DNA from: Candidatus Thorarchaeota archaeon
Lineage (GTDB): Archaea; Asgardarchaeota; Thorarchaeia; Thorarchaeales; Thorarchaeaceae
Length of the DNA: 37,431 nucleotides
NCBI GenBank assembly: GCA_038893995.1
Contig: JAWAQK010000006.1
Location: forward strand, 24,367 to 61,797
Direction of reading: 5' to 3'
Every line of letters starts with the position of its first letter. Within the stretch, counting starts at the first letter, position 1. A model generated the notes under the pieces. That model did no database searches. It saw nothing but the letters and a program-made list of their open reading frames with translations, and was not told the origin of the DNA. The position numbers were made by a program, and so were the translations under genes. Below, in pieces: positions 26,513 through 36,039 of this stretch.

Positions 26513-29125
26513 ATGAACATGAGTGAGCAGGCCAGAGAGTACCGTCCATCGAAGATGTCAATCAAGATCGAGGGCATGCATTGTGCCTCCTGTGTCGCGA
26601 CAATAGAGAGAGCGCTGTTATCTCAGGATGGTGTGATCAGTGCCAGCGTCAGTCTTCTTGACGAGAGGGCCGTCGTTGAGTACAGACCTGGATCCGTTGA
26701 TCGGACTCGTCTTGAGAAGGCGGTGGAATCGGTAGGATACCGACCAAGGCGACCGTCTGTGACTCTGAAGTTCCAGCGGGACGTCACACCTGATCACCTT
26801 GAACATGTCCGCAAGGCGTTGGCCGCGGTGGGTGGTGTTATCTCGGTGACAGTTTCGCCGCGCTCGACAAGCATGGTAGTCGAGTACGACCATGATCTAG
26901 TGACTCCACGGGCACTGGGCAAGACAGTAAGAGAGATCGGGTATGATGCGGAGATAGTTGAGACCAGAAACACGGACCGGGAGGCACGTACCCGTGAGGG
27001 GGAGATCCGGTACTTCAGGGCACGTCTGATCCTGTCAGCCCTGCTGACACTGCCTGTCACCCTGATGATGGTTGGCGTGTACTCGATGGGGAGTATGTTT
27101 CTCGACAATATTGTCATGCTAGTACTCGTGACGCCGATTCAGTTTGTGGGCGGATATCCCTTTTACGTCTCGAGTGTGAGAGCACTGAGACACTGGAGGG
27201 CCAACATGGACACACTTATCATGCTCGGTACAAGTGCTGCATACTTCTATTCGGTCCACGTGACCCTCTTTGCCCACGAGTACCCCTCCTTCTTCGATAC
27301 GTCTGCAATGCTGGTGACATTCATACTCCTTGGCCGCTATCTTGAGGCGAGGGCAAAGGGTCGCACGTCGGAGGCGATCCGATCGTTGTTAGACATGCAG
27401 GCGCATACAGCTGTCGTACTACGAGATGGCGTAGAGATGGTGGTCCCGGTGGAAGACATCGAGGTCGATGATCTCTTGCTGGTCCGACCTGGGGACAGGG
27501 TACCTGTGGATGGTGTGGTAGTCGCGGGTGAGTCATCGGTTGACGAGTCCATGATGACTGGTGAGTCCATCCCCGTCCGAAAGAGCGTTGGCGACACCGT
27601 GATTGGCTCCACGGTCAACAAGAATGGTGTGCTTCAGGTGAAGGCGATCCGTGTTGGTGAGGATACTATGCTCTCCCAGATCGTTAGAGTCGTGGAGCAG
27701 GCGCAGACCAGCAAGCCCGCCATTCAGCGGCGTGCAGATGCCCTTGCAGAGGTCTTCGTCCCGCTCGTCATGGTGATCGCCCTGGTGACTCTTGTCGCAT
27801 GGTACCTCGTGAGCCCGACCGAGTGGTTCCGTGCACTGAGTTTCTCCATTGCGGTGCTAGTTGCAGCTTGCCCGTGTGCACTTGGCCTTGCCACTCCGAC
27901 CGCTATTATGGTGGGTCTGGGCAAGGGGGCTCAGAACGGGATACTCATCAGGAACGGAGAGGCGCTCGAGACTATCCCACGGATCGATACGGTGGTCTTT
28001 GACAAGACTGGTACGTTGACAGTTGGAAAGCCGCGGGTGGCGGACATAGTGTATTTTGGAACTCGCTCGGCCGAGGAGATCCTGCGACTGATCTCGGCAG
28101 TCGAACGATTCAGTGAGCATCCACTGGGAGAGGCCATAGTTCACTACGCCGACGAAACGGGCGTTGAGGTCGCCTTTCCGGACGACTTTGTCGCAGACCC
28201 CGGCAGGGGTGTTCGGGGTAGGGTCGACGGCCATCAGGTCGTCGTTGGTAACGAGCCATTCGTAGAGGACCACTCGGTGAAGACAGAGGAGGCCAGGTCT
28301 GTCATGAGGATGTTTGAGGAGAGTGGCAGAACCGTCGTCCTTGCCTCGGTCGACGGAGAACTCTCTGCAGTGGTCGCCATATCTGACATGATCAACCCTG
28401 GCGCACAGGATGCAGTCCGCCGGTTGACAGAGATGGGCATTGACGTGTGGATGCTCACGGGCGACAAGGCTCGCACAGCTCAGTCAGTTGCTGAGATGCT
28501 CGGTATCAAGAATGTGATATCTGAGGTGCTCCCCACTGAGAAGGCATCGAAGGTGAGGGAACTCCAGGAAGGTGGTCGGATCGTCGCCATGGTCGGGGAC
28601 GGTGTCAATGACGCACCTGCGCTTGCCCAGGCCAACGTCGGAATTGCAATGGGGTCTGGTACAGATGTTTCCGTCGAGACTGGCGACATCGTACTGATCA
28701 GGAACAGACTGACTGATGTGGTGTCCGGTATCGACCTCGGACGCAGGACAATGACGAAGATAAGGCAGGGATTCTTCTGGGCCATGATATACAATCTAGC
28801 GCTCGTACCCCTTGCTGCCGGGCTGTTCTATCCTCTGACTGGAATTGCCCTGAGGCCCGAGTATGCTGGTCTTGCAATGGCCCTGTCGAGCGTGAGCGTG
28901 GTCTTGAACGCCCTGTCTCTGAATAGGGTCAAGATTGGAGCAGCATCGGAAGAGGGGACAGACTCGCAGACACGTGGGACCACTGCCATCGACCCGGTCT
29001 GCAAGATGACTGTCGACATAGCATCGTCGTCGCTCTACACAGATCATGCAGGGACACGCTACTACTTCTGCAATCCCATGTGCAAGAAGATGTTCGACGA
29101 GGACCCTGCTTCGTATGTCCCCTGA
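26513..29125 (+). CDS. copA: Cu(I)-translocating P1B-type ATPase with N-terminal HMA domains and C-terminal YHS domain
   Basis: GMHCASC, TGES, CPC, DKTGT, SEHP, GDGVND, YN and MALSS; YHS domain DPVCKMTV...YYFCNPMC. Start 26513 or 26519, after TATA-like CCTTAT at about 26472. Confidence 0.95.
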   Translation: MNMSEQAREYRPSKMSIKIEGMHCASCVATIERALLSQDGVISASVSLLDERAVVEYRPGSVDRTRLEKAVESVGYRPRRPSVTLKFQRDVTPDHLEHVRKALAAVGGVISVTVSPRSTSMVVEYDHDLVTPRALGKTVREIGYDAEIVETRNTDREARTREGEIRYFRARLILSALLTLPVTLMMVGVYSMGSMFLDNIVMLVLVTPIQFVGGYPFYVSSVRALRHWRANMDTLIMLGTSAAYFYSVHVTLFAHEYPSFFDTSAMLVTFILLGRYLEARAKGRTSEAIRSLLDMQAHTAVVLRDGVEMVVPVEDIEVDDLLLVRPGDRVPVDGVVVAGESSVDESMMTGESIPVRKSVGDTVIGSTVNKNGVLQVKAIRVGEDTMLSQIVRVVEQAQTSKPAIQRRADALAEVFVPLVMVIALVTLVAWYLVSPTEWFRALSFSIAVLVAACPCALGLATPTAIMVGLGKGAQNGILIRNGEALETIPRIDTVVFDKTGTLTVGKPRVADIVYFGTRSAEEILRLISAVERFSEHPLGEAIVHYADETGVEVAFPDDFVADPGRGVRGRVDGHQVVVGNEPFVEDHSVKTEEARSVMRMFEESGRTVVLASVDGELSAVVAISDMINPGAQDAVRRLTEMGIDVWMLTGDKARTAQSVAEMLGIKNVISEVLPTEKASKVRELQEGGRIVAMVGDGVNDAPALAQANVGIAMGSGTDVSVETGDIVLIRNRLTDVVSGIDLGRRTMTKIRQGFFWAMIYNLALVPLAAGLFYPLTGIALRPEYAGLAMALSSVSVVLNALSLNRVKIGAASEEGTDSQTRGTTAIDPVCKMTVDIASSSLYTDHAGTRYYFCNPMCKKMFDEDPASYVP

Positions 29126-29491
29126 GACAGGAGTGCCTGTTTCACTCCTTGCAGAGTTGGACGTGCTCTCTTTCTGGTGGCCCTGTGCACCACGGAGGAA
29201 GTGAATCCCGTCTCGTGTCCAAGGTCAGTGTTTCGCATCCCGACCGATCGTGGCGCCCTGCGATCCATGCTCACAGAGCGGACACATTCAGTACTCTGAG
29301 CTTCGTGTGACGATTTCAGAGGGAGTAGGACCTGCGCTTCGAGCGGATCAATGTCCCTGTCGTCCGATGGCGAGGCTGTTCCAGATATCTATCGGGTCAA
29401 TGACGTAGCGGTCAGCATCGTCCTGGCTTTCTACGGCAAATGTGAGTGCCATGGCAACGATAATAGGGCAATACCTGCACAGTAGGGACTC

Positions 29492-30016
29492 GTGTTGAGG
29501 TTGCCTAAGGGGAGTTCATACTGTTTCGCATGTTTCGTCATGTTGGTCATGATGACTGCGATGTGTCCTCTGAACACATTCGTGCCAACAATGGCATCGG
29601 CCGGACAGGTCGGGAGGCTGCCGATGACAGCGATCGTCCGTGCATCTTACACGCCTCACGACCCTGTCTATGTCACATCTGACATGGACTTTGTGGTTCA
29701 GGGCTGGCCGGGCAATGGTACCGAGAGCGACCCATTCGTCATAGAAGGGTTGGACATAGCGACATCTGGGACTACATGCATTACAGTACAGAACACAACA
29801 GCATATTTCGAGATAAGGGGCTGTGTTACCTCTTCTGCGAGTGAACATAGCATATGGTTGCGCAACATCTCCCACGTATTGAACGCCCTTGTCGTGATGA
29901 GTTTCGTAGCTGCAGGCGCAGTTGTCGCCTACGCCTTGCTAGAATATGCTCCTCATTTGGTCCGCAAGAGGAGTGGCAGACCTGTTGAAGACTTGCTGCG
30001 AGATCGGTTGCAGTGA
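29492..30016 (+). pseudogene. Truncated or internally deleted surface protein (signal peptide, start of a NosD-like right-handed beta-helix, C-terminal TM anchor)
   Basis: YTPHDPVYVTSD...QGWPGNGTESDPFVIEGLDI...CITVQNTTAYFEIRGC is the typical N-cap of archaeal beta-helix proteins, and it runs almost directly into a TM helix and basic tail. Confidence 0.55.
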
Positions 30017-30165
30017 TCGTGGTGGGCCCGTACGGCCCTCTTCCGAGCAGAGAGTCACTGTGTCACAGGGTCGGCATGTGTTCTATCGAACCGGACTGAA
30101 TCACGAACCATTTAATAGTAGGTTTGCACGGCCGAACCGTATCACGGTCTTGAGGTTGTAGCAGC

Positions 30166-31521
30166 TTGCTCCCACTCTCTGGGAAGATCGCCTATGGCAT
30201 GGGCCGCTTCGGCTCTTCACTCCTTCTGACTCTTCTGAGCCTCACATCCTTTCTCGTGTATGGCACTGTCTTCGAGCTCAACTGGTTCCTAGCAGGGGTT
30301 GCACTCGGGATATCCTACGTCATCATTGGCCTCACTCACTGGCTCACTGGCTACTACAGTGACAAACTCATCTCTCCCCTCGGAAGGCGGAAACCGTTCG
30401 TGATAGTCGGCGCTCCTGGTCTTGCCATTAGCGGGATCATGGTCTTCATTCCCGATCGTTTCATCGACATCACTTCGCCAGGGATTGAACTCAGCGTATT
30501 TCTGTACTATCTTGTATTCCTCGGCCTGTTCAAGTTCTTCTACGCATTTCTGTTGACAGCATATCAGGCATGGCTTCCAGAGATCACTGACGAGGTCGAG
30601 CGTCCGCTCGTGTCGAGCATGCAGAATGTTTCCAACTGGCTTGCAAATGGCATTGGTGTGGTGTTCGCCTTCATCACTCCGCTTCTCTTTGTGACTAGCC
30701 CACCTGCACTGTCCGAGCTTGGGCTCACCATGTTTGTGGTCTTTGCAGTTGTGGAGATACTGTTCTACCTCCCCTCCATTGTCTTGATTCGAGAGAGACC
30801 CGGGCTCACTGTACCCCAGAGAAACCTCGTCTATGAGACCCGTGTCGCACTGCAGAACAGGACGTTTGTGGTTTGGACACTTGTGGTCGGTTTTCTGTCC
30901 TTCTCGTTCAGTGCAATAACGGCACAGGTAGTAGGGTTTGCCCAGAAGGTGCTCATGCTGAATACGATTGAACTGCTTCTTCCTCCTGCTCTCTCATTCC
31001 TGGGTGGAATCATCATCTTTCTATTTGTGTGGTTGAGGGCCATAAGGAGATATGGCAAGAAGCGCACGATGATGCTCTCTCTGGTGTTGCTGACCCTTCT
31101 CCTGCCACTGACTCCAGTGGTTGCAGCTGCAACATCTTTGATGTCTTCACAGATCTTGGCTGTGATGTGGCTGGTCCCTGTTGGTGCCTGCATGGCAGTC
31201 TACTATATCATGAGCTACATAGTGCCTGCTGACATTGCCCAGGTCGACGAGATCCTGACGCAGGAGAGCAGGTCCGGAATCTACACAGGCTTTATTGGTG
31301 TGCCACTCAATTTCTTTCAGGCGTGGGCTTCGATTCTGCTTGGCTTGTTCATGGATTTCACCAAGTCGTCAACTGGGTCCGATGTGTTTGGCCTGACGTG
31401 GTGGGGGCCAGTCTTCGCGCCATTCCTCTTGATTGCTGCATATTTTCTGTTGAAGATCGACATAGACCCGGATTTTGAGCACCTCCGGCGCGTACTTCGA
31501 CCACCCCCTGTTGACCCATGA
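30166..31521 (+). CDS. MFS transporter, GPH/MelB-like
   Basis: GYYSDKLISPLGRRKPF, AWLPEITD...ERP, YGKK, ADIAQVDE...RSGIYTG; 12 TM helices. Confidence 0.92.
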   Translation: MLPLSGKIAYGMGRFGSSLLLTLLSLTSFLVYGTVFELNWFLAGVALGISYVIIGLTHWLTGYYSDKLISPLGRRKPFVIVGAPGLAISGIMVFIPDRFIDITSPGIELSVFLYYLVFLGLFKFFYAFLLTAYQAWLPEITDEVERPLVSSMQNVSNWLANGIGVVFAFITPLLFVTSPPALSELGLTMFVVFAVVEILFYLPSIVLIRERPGLTVPQRNLVYETRVALQNRTFVVWTLVVGFLSFSFSAITAQVVGFAQKVLMLNTIELLLPPALSFLGGIIIFLFVWLRAIRRYGKKRTMMLSLVLLTLLLPLTPVVAAATSLMSSQILAVMWLVPVGACMAVYYIMSYIVPADIAQVDEILTQESRSGIYTGFIGVPLNFFQAWASILLGLFMDFTKSSTGSDVFGLTWWGPVFAPFLLIAAYFLLKIDIDPDFEHLRRVLRPPPVDP

Positions 31522-31644
31522 GGTCAGTCCTATGGGAAAGGGTCTGTGCAGGCAGGAAAATCAGATGAAATCCTTATATCTCGGATTGTCTTTCTTGGTC
31601 GCCCAGTCCAGCCTGCTAGGTCTGGACATGTGGTGACTCCAAAT

Positions 31645-33135
31645 ATGAAAGGAACATCAGCCATCCTTTCGCTCTGTCTTCTGGCACTGTTCATCGTGGC
31701 ATTGGCTCCTGTTGCTGCAGCTCCTACTCCTGCTGACAGCCTGCAGACCACCTTGGAATCGTACCAGATACGTGCGACTGAGAGCTACGTGGTCGAGAGT
31801 GCTCACCCGTACGCGAACAACTTTGACTACACCTGGACCATCAAGAAGACTGGTGCCACTCAGATAAGAGTGCACTTCACTTACATTGAGACTGAGAAGT
31901 ACTACGACTACATATACGTGTACGACTACGCTGGTGCTCAGCTCCACAAGCTGACCGGCCTATACTCCTCGGGAGGATGGTCGTCCTATAGCTACGGCGA
32001 CACCATAAAGGTCCGACTGAAGACCGATTCCAGTGTCACCAAGTGGGGCTTCAAGATCGACCAGATCGAATACACACTCGGCAGCAGCGGCAGTAATGTA
32101 CTGCAGAATGGCGTACCGGCGACCGGTTCGCTGTCGGGTACTGGCGCCTCACAGACCTGGACCATCCAGGTAGATGCCAACGCGATAAGCATGCGCTCAG
32201 TCCTTGAGTGTGGTAGTGCCGACTTTGACCTCTATGGCAAGCTCGGATCTCCTCCGACGACTAGCAGCTATGATTGGCGAGGCTACACGTCGGGTGGAGA
32301 GGACGTGACCTACAACAACCCAGGCGCAGGGACCTGGTACATCATGGTCTACTCCTACAGTGGATCCGGTACATACACCCTCACTGTTACCGTCACGTAC
32401 GGCAGCAGTGGTGGCGGCGGCGGAGACGGCGTCGTGAGGAGATGGGCTGTGATCGTAGGCATCTCAGACTACAAGGCAATTAGCGACCTGTCGTATTGTG
32501 ACGAGGACGCGACTGACTGGTACAACTACCTGAAGAATGTGATGCACTACGACTACATCAGGGTACTCGGCGACACGCACACCTCCAACTACCCTGTGTA
32601 CTATGCCCTTGCCACTGAGTACAATGTCAAGCAGAGCCTCTCCTGGCTGGCGGGTGCTGATGGCGATGATGTAGTGGCCTTCATCACTTCTGGCCACGGC
32701 TCCGGAACTGGAACTGGTTCGTCGTACCTTTGCATGTGGGACTCAGGCAGTGGTGAGAATGGTGAGAACGGTAACCTGTATGACACAGAGCTCGACGACT
32801 ACGTCGGTTCTTGGTCTGCAGCGAGGATCTTCATCTTTGTCGACCACTGCTACTCAGGCGGTCTCATACCTGAGATACAGGCACTTGCCAACAGTGCAAG
32901 GGTCTACATGACCACCACGTGCACGCAGAACGGATACGGTTACGACGACCCTACCCACAAGAACGGAGCATGGACCTACTACTTCCTGGAGTATGGTCTG
33001 ATCAGCCACTTTGGCAGCAACCCATCCACGACAATGGAGAGCTGCTTCAGCTACGCTCTTGCAGCATATCCGTACAGTGGCGGTGACACTCCACAGCAGT
33101 TCGACGGAAACACCAGCACAGGATTTACTCTGTGA
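31645..33135 (+). CDS. Secreted protease: signal peptide, CUB-like domain, PPC domain and caspase-fold (clan CD, C14/C13-like) peptidase
   Basis: Signal MKGTSAILSLCLLALFIVALAPVAAA; CUB-like ESAHPYANN...TWTI...ETEKYYDY...TDSSVTKWGF; PPC-like DFDLY...GTWYIMVY; catalytic domain WAVIVGISDY, SGHG, DHCYSGG. ATG 31645 follows a GGTGA SD. Confidence 0.88.
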   Translation: MKGTSAILSLCLLALFIVALAPVAAAPTPADSLQTTLESYQIRATESYVVESAHPYANNFDYTWTIKKTGATQIRVHFTYIETEKYYDYIYVYDYAGAQLHKLTGLYSSGGWSSYSYGDTIKVRLKTDSSVTKWGFKIDQIEYTLGSSGSNVLQNGVPATGSLSGTGASQTWTIQVDANAISMRSVLECGSADFDLYGKLGSPPTTSSYDWRGYTSGGEDVTYNNPGAGTWYIMVYSYSGSGTYTLTVTVTYGSSGGGGGDGVVRRWAVIVGISDYKAISDLSYCDEDATDWYNYLKNVMHYDYIRVLGDTHTSNYPVYYALATEYNVKQSLSWLAGADGDDVVAFITSGHGSGTGTGSSYLCMWDSGSGENGENGNLYDTELDDYVGSWSAARIFIFVDHCYSGGLIPEIQALANSARVYMTTTCTQNGYGYDDPTHKNGAWTYYFLEYGLISHFGSNPSTTMESCFSYALAAYPYSGGDTPQQFDGNTSTGFTL

Positions 33136-33168
33136 AAGGACCTAGGTCCTTTCACCCCTCTTTTTTTT
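33132..33168 (+). terminator. Perfect 24-bp palindrome followed by a T8 tract
   Basis: GTGAAAGGACCTAGGTCCTTTCAC (33132-33155) includes the stop codon and is followed by CCCTC and TTTTTTTT (33161-33168). Confidence 0.75.
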
Positions 33169-33299
33169 CTCTCCGGGCCAACAATGGTCACAGTCTAGCA
33201 CGTGAAGGCAGAGGGTCTTTCCGATGACTCCTGAAGGCGACAGGACTGTGTACTCACCAAGGGTGACCTCGATGTCTCTCCAGTCGGGATCGGGCTGAC

Positions 33300-34322
33300 C
33301 TAGAACGACTGTGATGTCTTGCACTCTGCGTCGGATGCGTCTCCGGCCGTTTGACGTTTGCTCCTGACGAGTCTAGCACGGACGATCAGTGTTAGAACCG
33401 CAACTAGAGCCCACAGCCCTAGTTCTGCAAGAGTGGAAGCGACATAGCTCACACTGCCCGTGATGACATCCCCCAGTCGGGCCATTCTGAGGACGGGATA
33501 GATGAGTAGAATCCCGAACGCGCTCTTGAGCCTGGACGAGCCAACTCTGCATGCGAGCTTACAGCCGACCGGAGCCCCAAGAAGCATTCCGGCGCCGACC
33601 GCAGTTCCATATATTGCTGTGCCGAGTGCAAGGTCTCCCACTGGCACCATGCTGATCTCTCCGAGGAGCACATTTGTGACGGTTCCAGATAGCGTCGTGA
33701 ACACCATCGTGAACATGGATGTTGCTACTGCCGTGTGCATGGGCACTCTCATCACGAGCGTCAGCAAGGGCACGATGACGACACCACCTCCTATGCCGAG
33801 CAGACCCGAGAGAACTCCAGCAGTGAACGCGCCGATCAGGGTGGCCATGACTGCCCCCCTGGTCGTACCGTGAGCCCTGAATTCCTCCAACTCGGTCTTC
33901 ACATCTTCTGCCTTGCCTCTGCTCACCGAGAACGCCATCTTGAGGGCTATTGGAAACAGGACTGCGGCAAATACGTACCTGAGTATGTTCTCGTCTATTC
34001 CCTGAAGATAGGTCCCAAGCCATGCACCTGCCATGGAGCCGGGGACGGTCACAGACATGAGCATCAGCCCAGTCCCGTAGAGTATGGGCCTGGGTCTCTG
34101 CCTACTGTACGAAACTGTGCTGGATAATGAAACGAAAACCGCAGCCATCAGGGAGACCGCCGATGCAGAGCGGGGAGTAAAGAGAAACATGACAACGAGC
34201 AGGGGGACAAGCAATGTGCCACCCCCAATGCCAAGCATGGATGAGACTACCCCAATGCAGGCCCCAAACAGCAGGAAGATGACAAGGACCAGCAGCTGCC
34301 CGTCCAATACTAACCATTCCAT
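33300..34322 (-). CDS. TSUP (TauE/SafE sulfite exporter-like) family transporter
   Basis: Two repeats, SMLGIGGGTLLVP and SGLLGIGGGVVIVP, and AVATS. Start inferred at ATG 34322, about 30 nt after TATA-like CTTAAGTATA. Confidence 0.92.
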   Translation of the reverse strand: MEWLVLDGQLLVLVIFLLFGACIGVVSSMLGIGGGTLLVPLLVVMFLFTPRSASAVSLMAAVFVSLSSTVSYSRQRPRPILYGTGLMLMSVTVPGSMAGAWLGTYLQGIDENILRYVFAAVLFPIALKMAFSVSRGKAEDVKTELEEFRAHGTTRGAVMATLIGAFTAGVLSGLLGIGGGVVIVPLLTLVMRVPMHTAVATSMFTMVFTTLSGTVTNVLLGEISMVPVGDLALGTAIYGTAVGAGMLLGAPVGCKLACRVGSSRLKSAFGILLIYPVLRMARLGDVITGSVSYVASTLAELGLWALVAVLTLIVRARLVRSKRQTAGDASDAECKTSQSF

Positions 34323-34438
34323 TCCTTGGCACCGGTTCGTGTCCGGCTGCACGTATACTTAAGCAAGACTGTAGCGGAAAGTATCCGATTGCTGAGGCTA
34401 CAGTCTGTGTATCGGACTAGTCCTTTCCGTCAAGATTC

Positions 34439-35134
34439 CTACCTGAACATCTGTCTTATGTGCGGCCTCGTCAGGTACAGCAGGACCGGTATCCCCAGGA
34501 TCGCTCCCACTACGGTCAGGCAGACCAGGAACGCAATGGCCATCACTACTCTACGCGCCCAGTCCTTCTTGCGTCCGAACTCGATGATGAGGGCCAACAT
34601 CAGCAGACTGAATGAGAGGAGCAGTGCGCTGGCGGGCGCTGAGTGGACAGTGATTGCTGCGTCTACGAAGAGCAGGACAACCGGTAGCATCCCGATCTGG
34701 ATGAGGAGGACACCTGCTGGTGTGGACATCTTGGCATGACTGATAGGAGGGGTTGACGATGATGTACTGGATTTGAGGCGTGTCTCACCATCAGCCGTAC
34801 TCTGAGCGGTCCCGCCAGTCTGCAGACTATGGTCAGTGACGGGCGACACAGGGGCCGGCTCATGAAGGACGATCATCTCCGTAGCTCTGCGGGGCTCGCT
34901 ACTGTCGGGTACGACTCTGACGAGAGAACCGATACGTGGTATTGTGTCCGCAGGGACAGGACCGAAGCGAAACTCGTACACCTGGTCCTCCACCCTCAGG
35001 GATAGGGTACCATACGAGACATCATCAAGCCTGCTCTCTTCGACTCTGACAACTGTTCCAGAAATCGATGTGCTCACGAGAGTTTCCCCGATGGATCGTT
35101 TTGTATACAGCCAATTGTGTACCGGTAAGCACAT
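34439..35134 (-). CDS. Hypothetical protein: beta-rich (OB-fold-like) N-domain, Ser/Thr/Pro linker and 3-4 C-terminal TM helices
   Basis: ISGTVVRVE...GTLSLRV...PRIGSLVRV; hydrophobic C-terminus ending LYLTRPHIRQMFR. True start may be GTG 35077. Confidence 0.65.
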   Translation of the reverse strand: MCLPVHNWLYTKRSIGETLVSTSISGTVVRVEESRLDDVSYGTLSLRVEDQVYEFRFGPVPADTIPRIGSLVRVVPDSSEPRRATEMIVLHEPAPVSPVTDHSLQTGGTAQSTADGETRLKSSTSSSTPPISHAKMSTPAGVLLIQIGMLPVVLLFVDAAITVHSAPASALLLSFSLLMLALIIEFGRKKDWARRVVMAIAFLVCLTVVGAILGIPVLLYLTRPHIRQMFR

Positions 35135-35335
35135 AAGTCATTCCGTTGTCGCCCCACAGATTCCGGAAGCATTCTCATTGTCACTGCATCTCTCCGGTCA
35201 ACCTTCTTATGGCACTACAAATGGGTTTTAATCGTGTCTCTCTTACTTGACCTGGCACGATGATGATACGGTAGAGCATGAGCCCTCACGCATGGCCTGA
35301 GCCGCCGCGAGTCATCAGGAGTATCACAAGGAGAC

Positions 35336-35872
35336 TTGAGAATGGTCACTGACGAATCTTCCATCGAAGACATACTGGCCCAGATGTCTGCTGAGATGGG
35401 CCCCGACTGTATTCTGGGCCGCGAACTGAGTCGTCAGCGTAGAGCCTTTGTCCGAGTTGCAAGAGACTGTCTACTGCGGGTCGCATCTAGGCTACATGAG
35501 GCCGGGTTCACTCATCTTTCTACAATAACGGGACAGGAGTTGGACGGAGAGGTGGAGCTCATCTACCATCTCATCAATGCAGGTACACATGTTGGACTGA
35601 GAGTCCGACTCCCCCTTGACAGTCTGAGCGTGCCCACCATGACCGCTCTGATCCCGGGAGCCGTGCTCTACGAACGAGAGGTGCACGAGATGCTCGGAGT
35701 GAACTTTGAGGGGCACCCTGACCTGTCGAGGTTGATTCTGCCCGAGGAGTGGGACCTGAATACTCCGCCGCTCAGGAAGCAGACCCCATCTGTGACTGGC
35801 CACGTCGACGTCACTCCAAGGAAGAGGAGCACCTCAGCTCAGAGCAGGAGGAGAAAGCCTGCTGACAAGTGA
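35336..35872 (+). CDS. NuoC/EchD-like subunit of a complex I / group 4 hydrogenase-related complex
   Basis: HLSTITG, ELIYHL, VPTMT...GAVLYEREVHEMLGVNFEGHPDLSRLILPEEW...PLRK. Confidence 0.9.
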   Translation: MRMVTDESSIEDILAQMSAEMGPDCILGRELSRQRRAFVRVARDCLLRVASRLHEAGFTHLSTITGQELDGEVELIYHLINAGTHVGLRVRLPLDSLSVPTMTALIPGAVLYEREVHEMLGVNFEGHPDLSRLILPEEWDLNTPPLRKQTPSVTGHVDVTPRKRSTSAQSRRRKPADK

Positions 35873-36039
35873 GTCTCAGGAGCACTCACTCGTATGGTTC
35901 TGATGAGCGATGGGACATGAGTAACGGTCGTCAGACAAGTGTATGTGTCATCAGTTTCCGTCTGCGAGATGTTGTCCAGTGACAAGACTATTATGAGGGA
36001 CTTGAGCCAGCAGCACTTCGTCCTATGTGAGGAGATAGC

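Noticed and set aside
29126-29491. Possible tRNA or ncRNA in the gap after copA (GTGAATCCC resembles a T-loop)
   Set aside because: I could not build a cloverleaf or acceptor stem around it.
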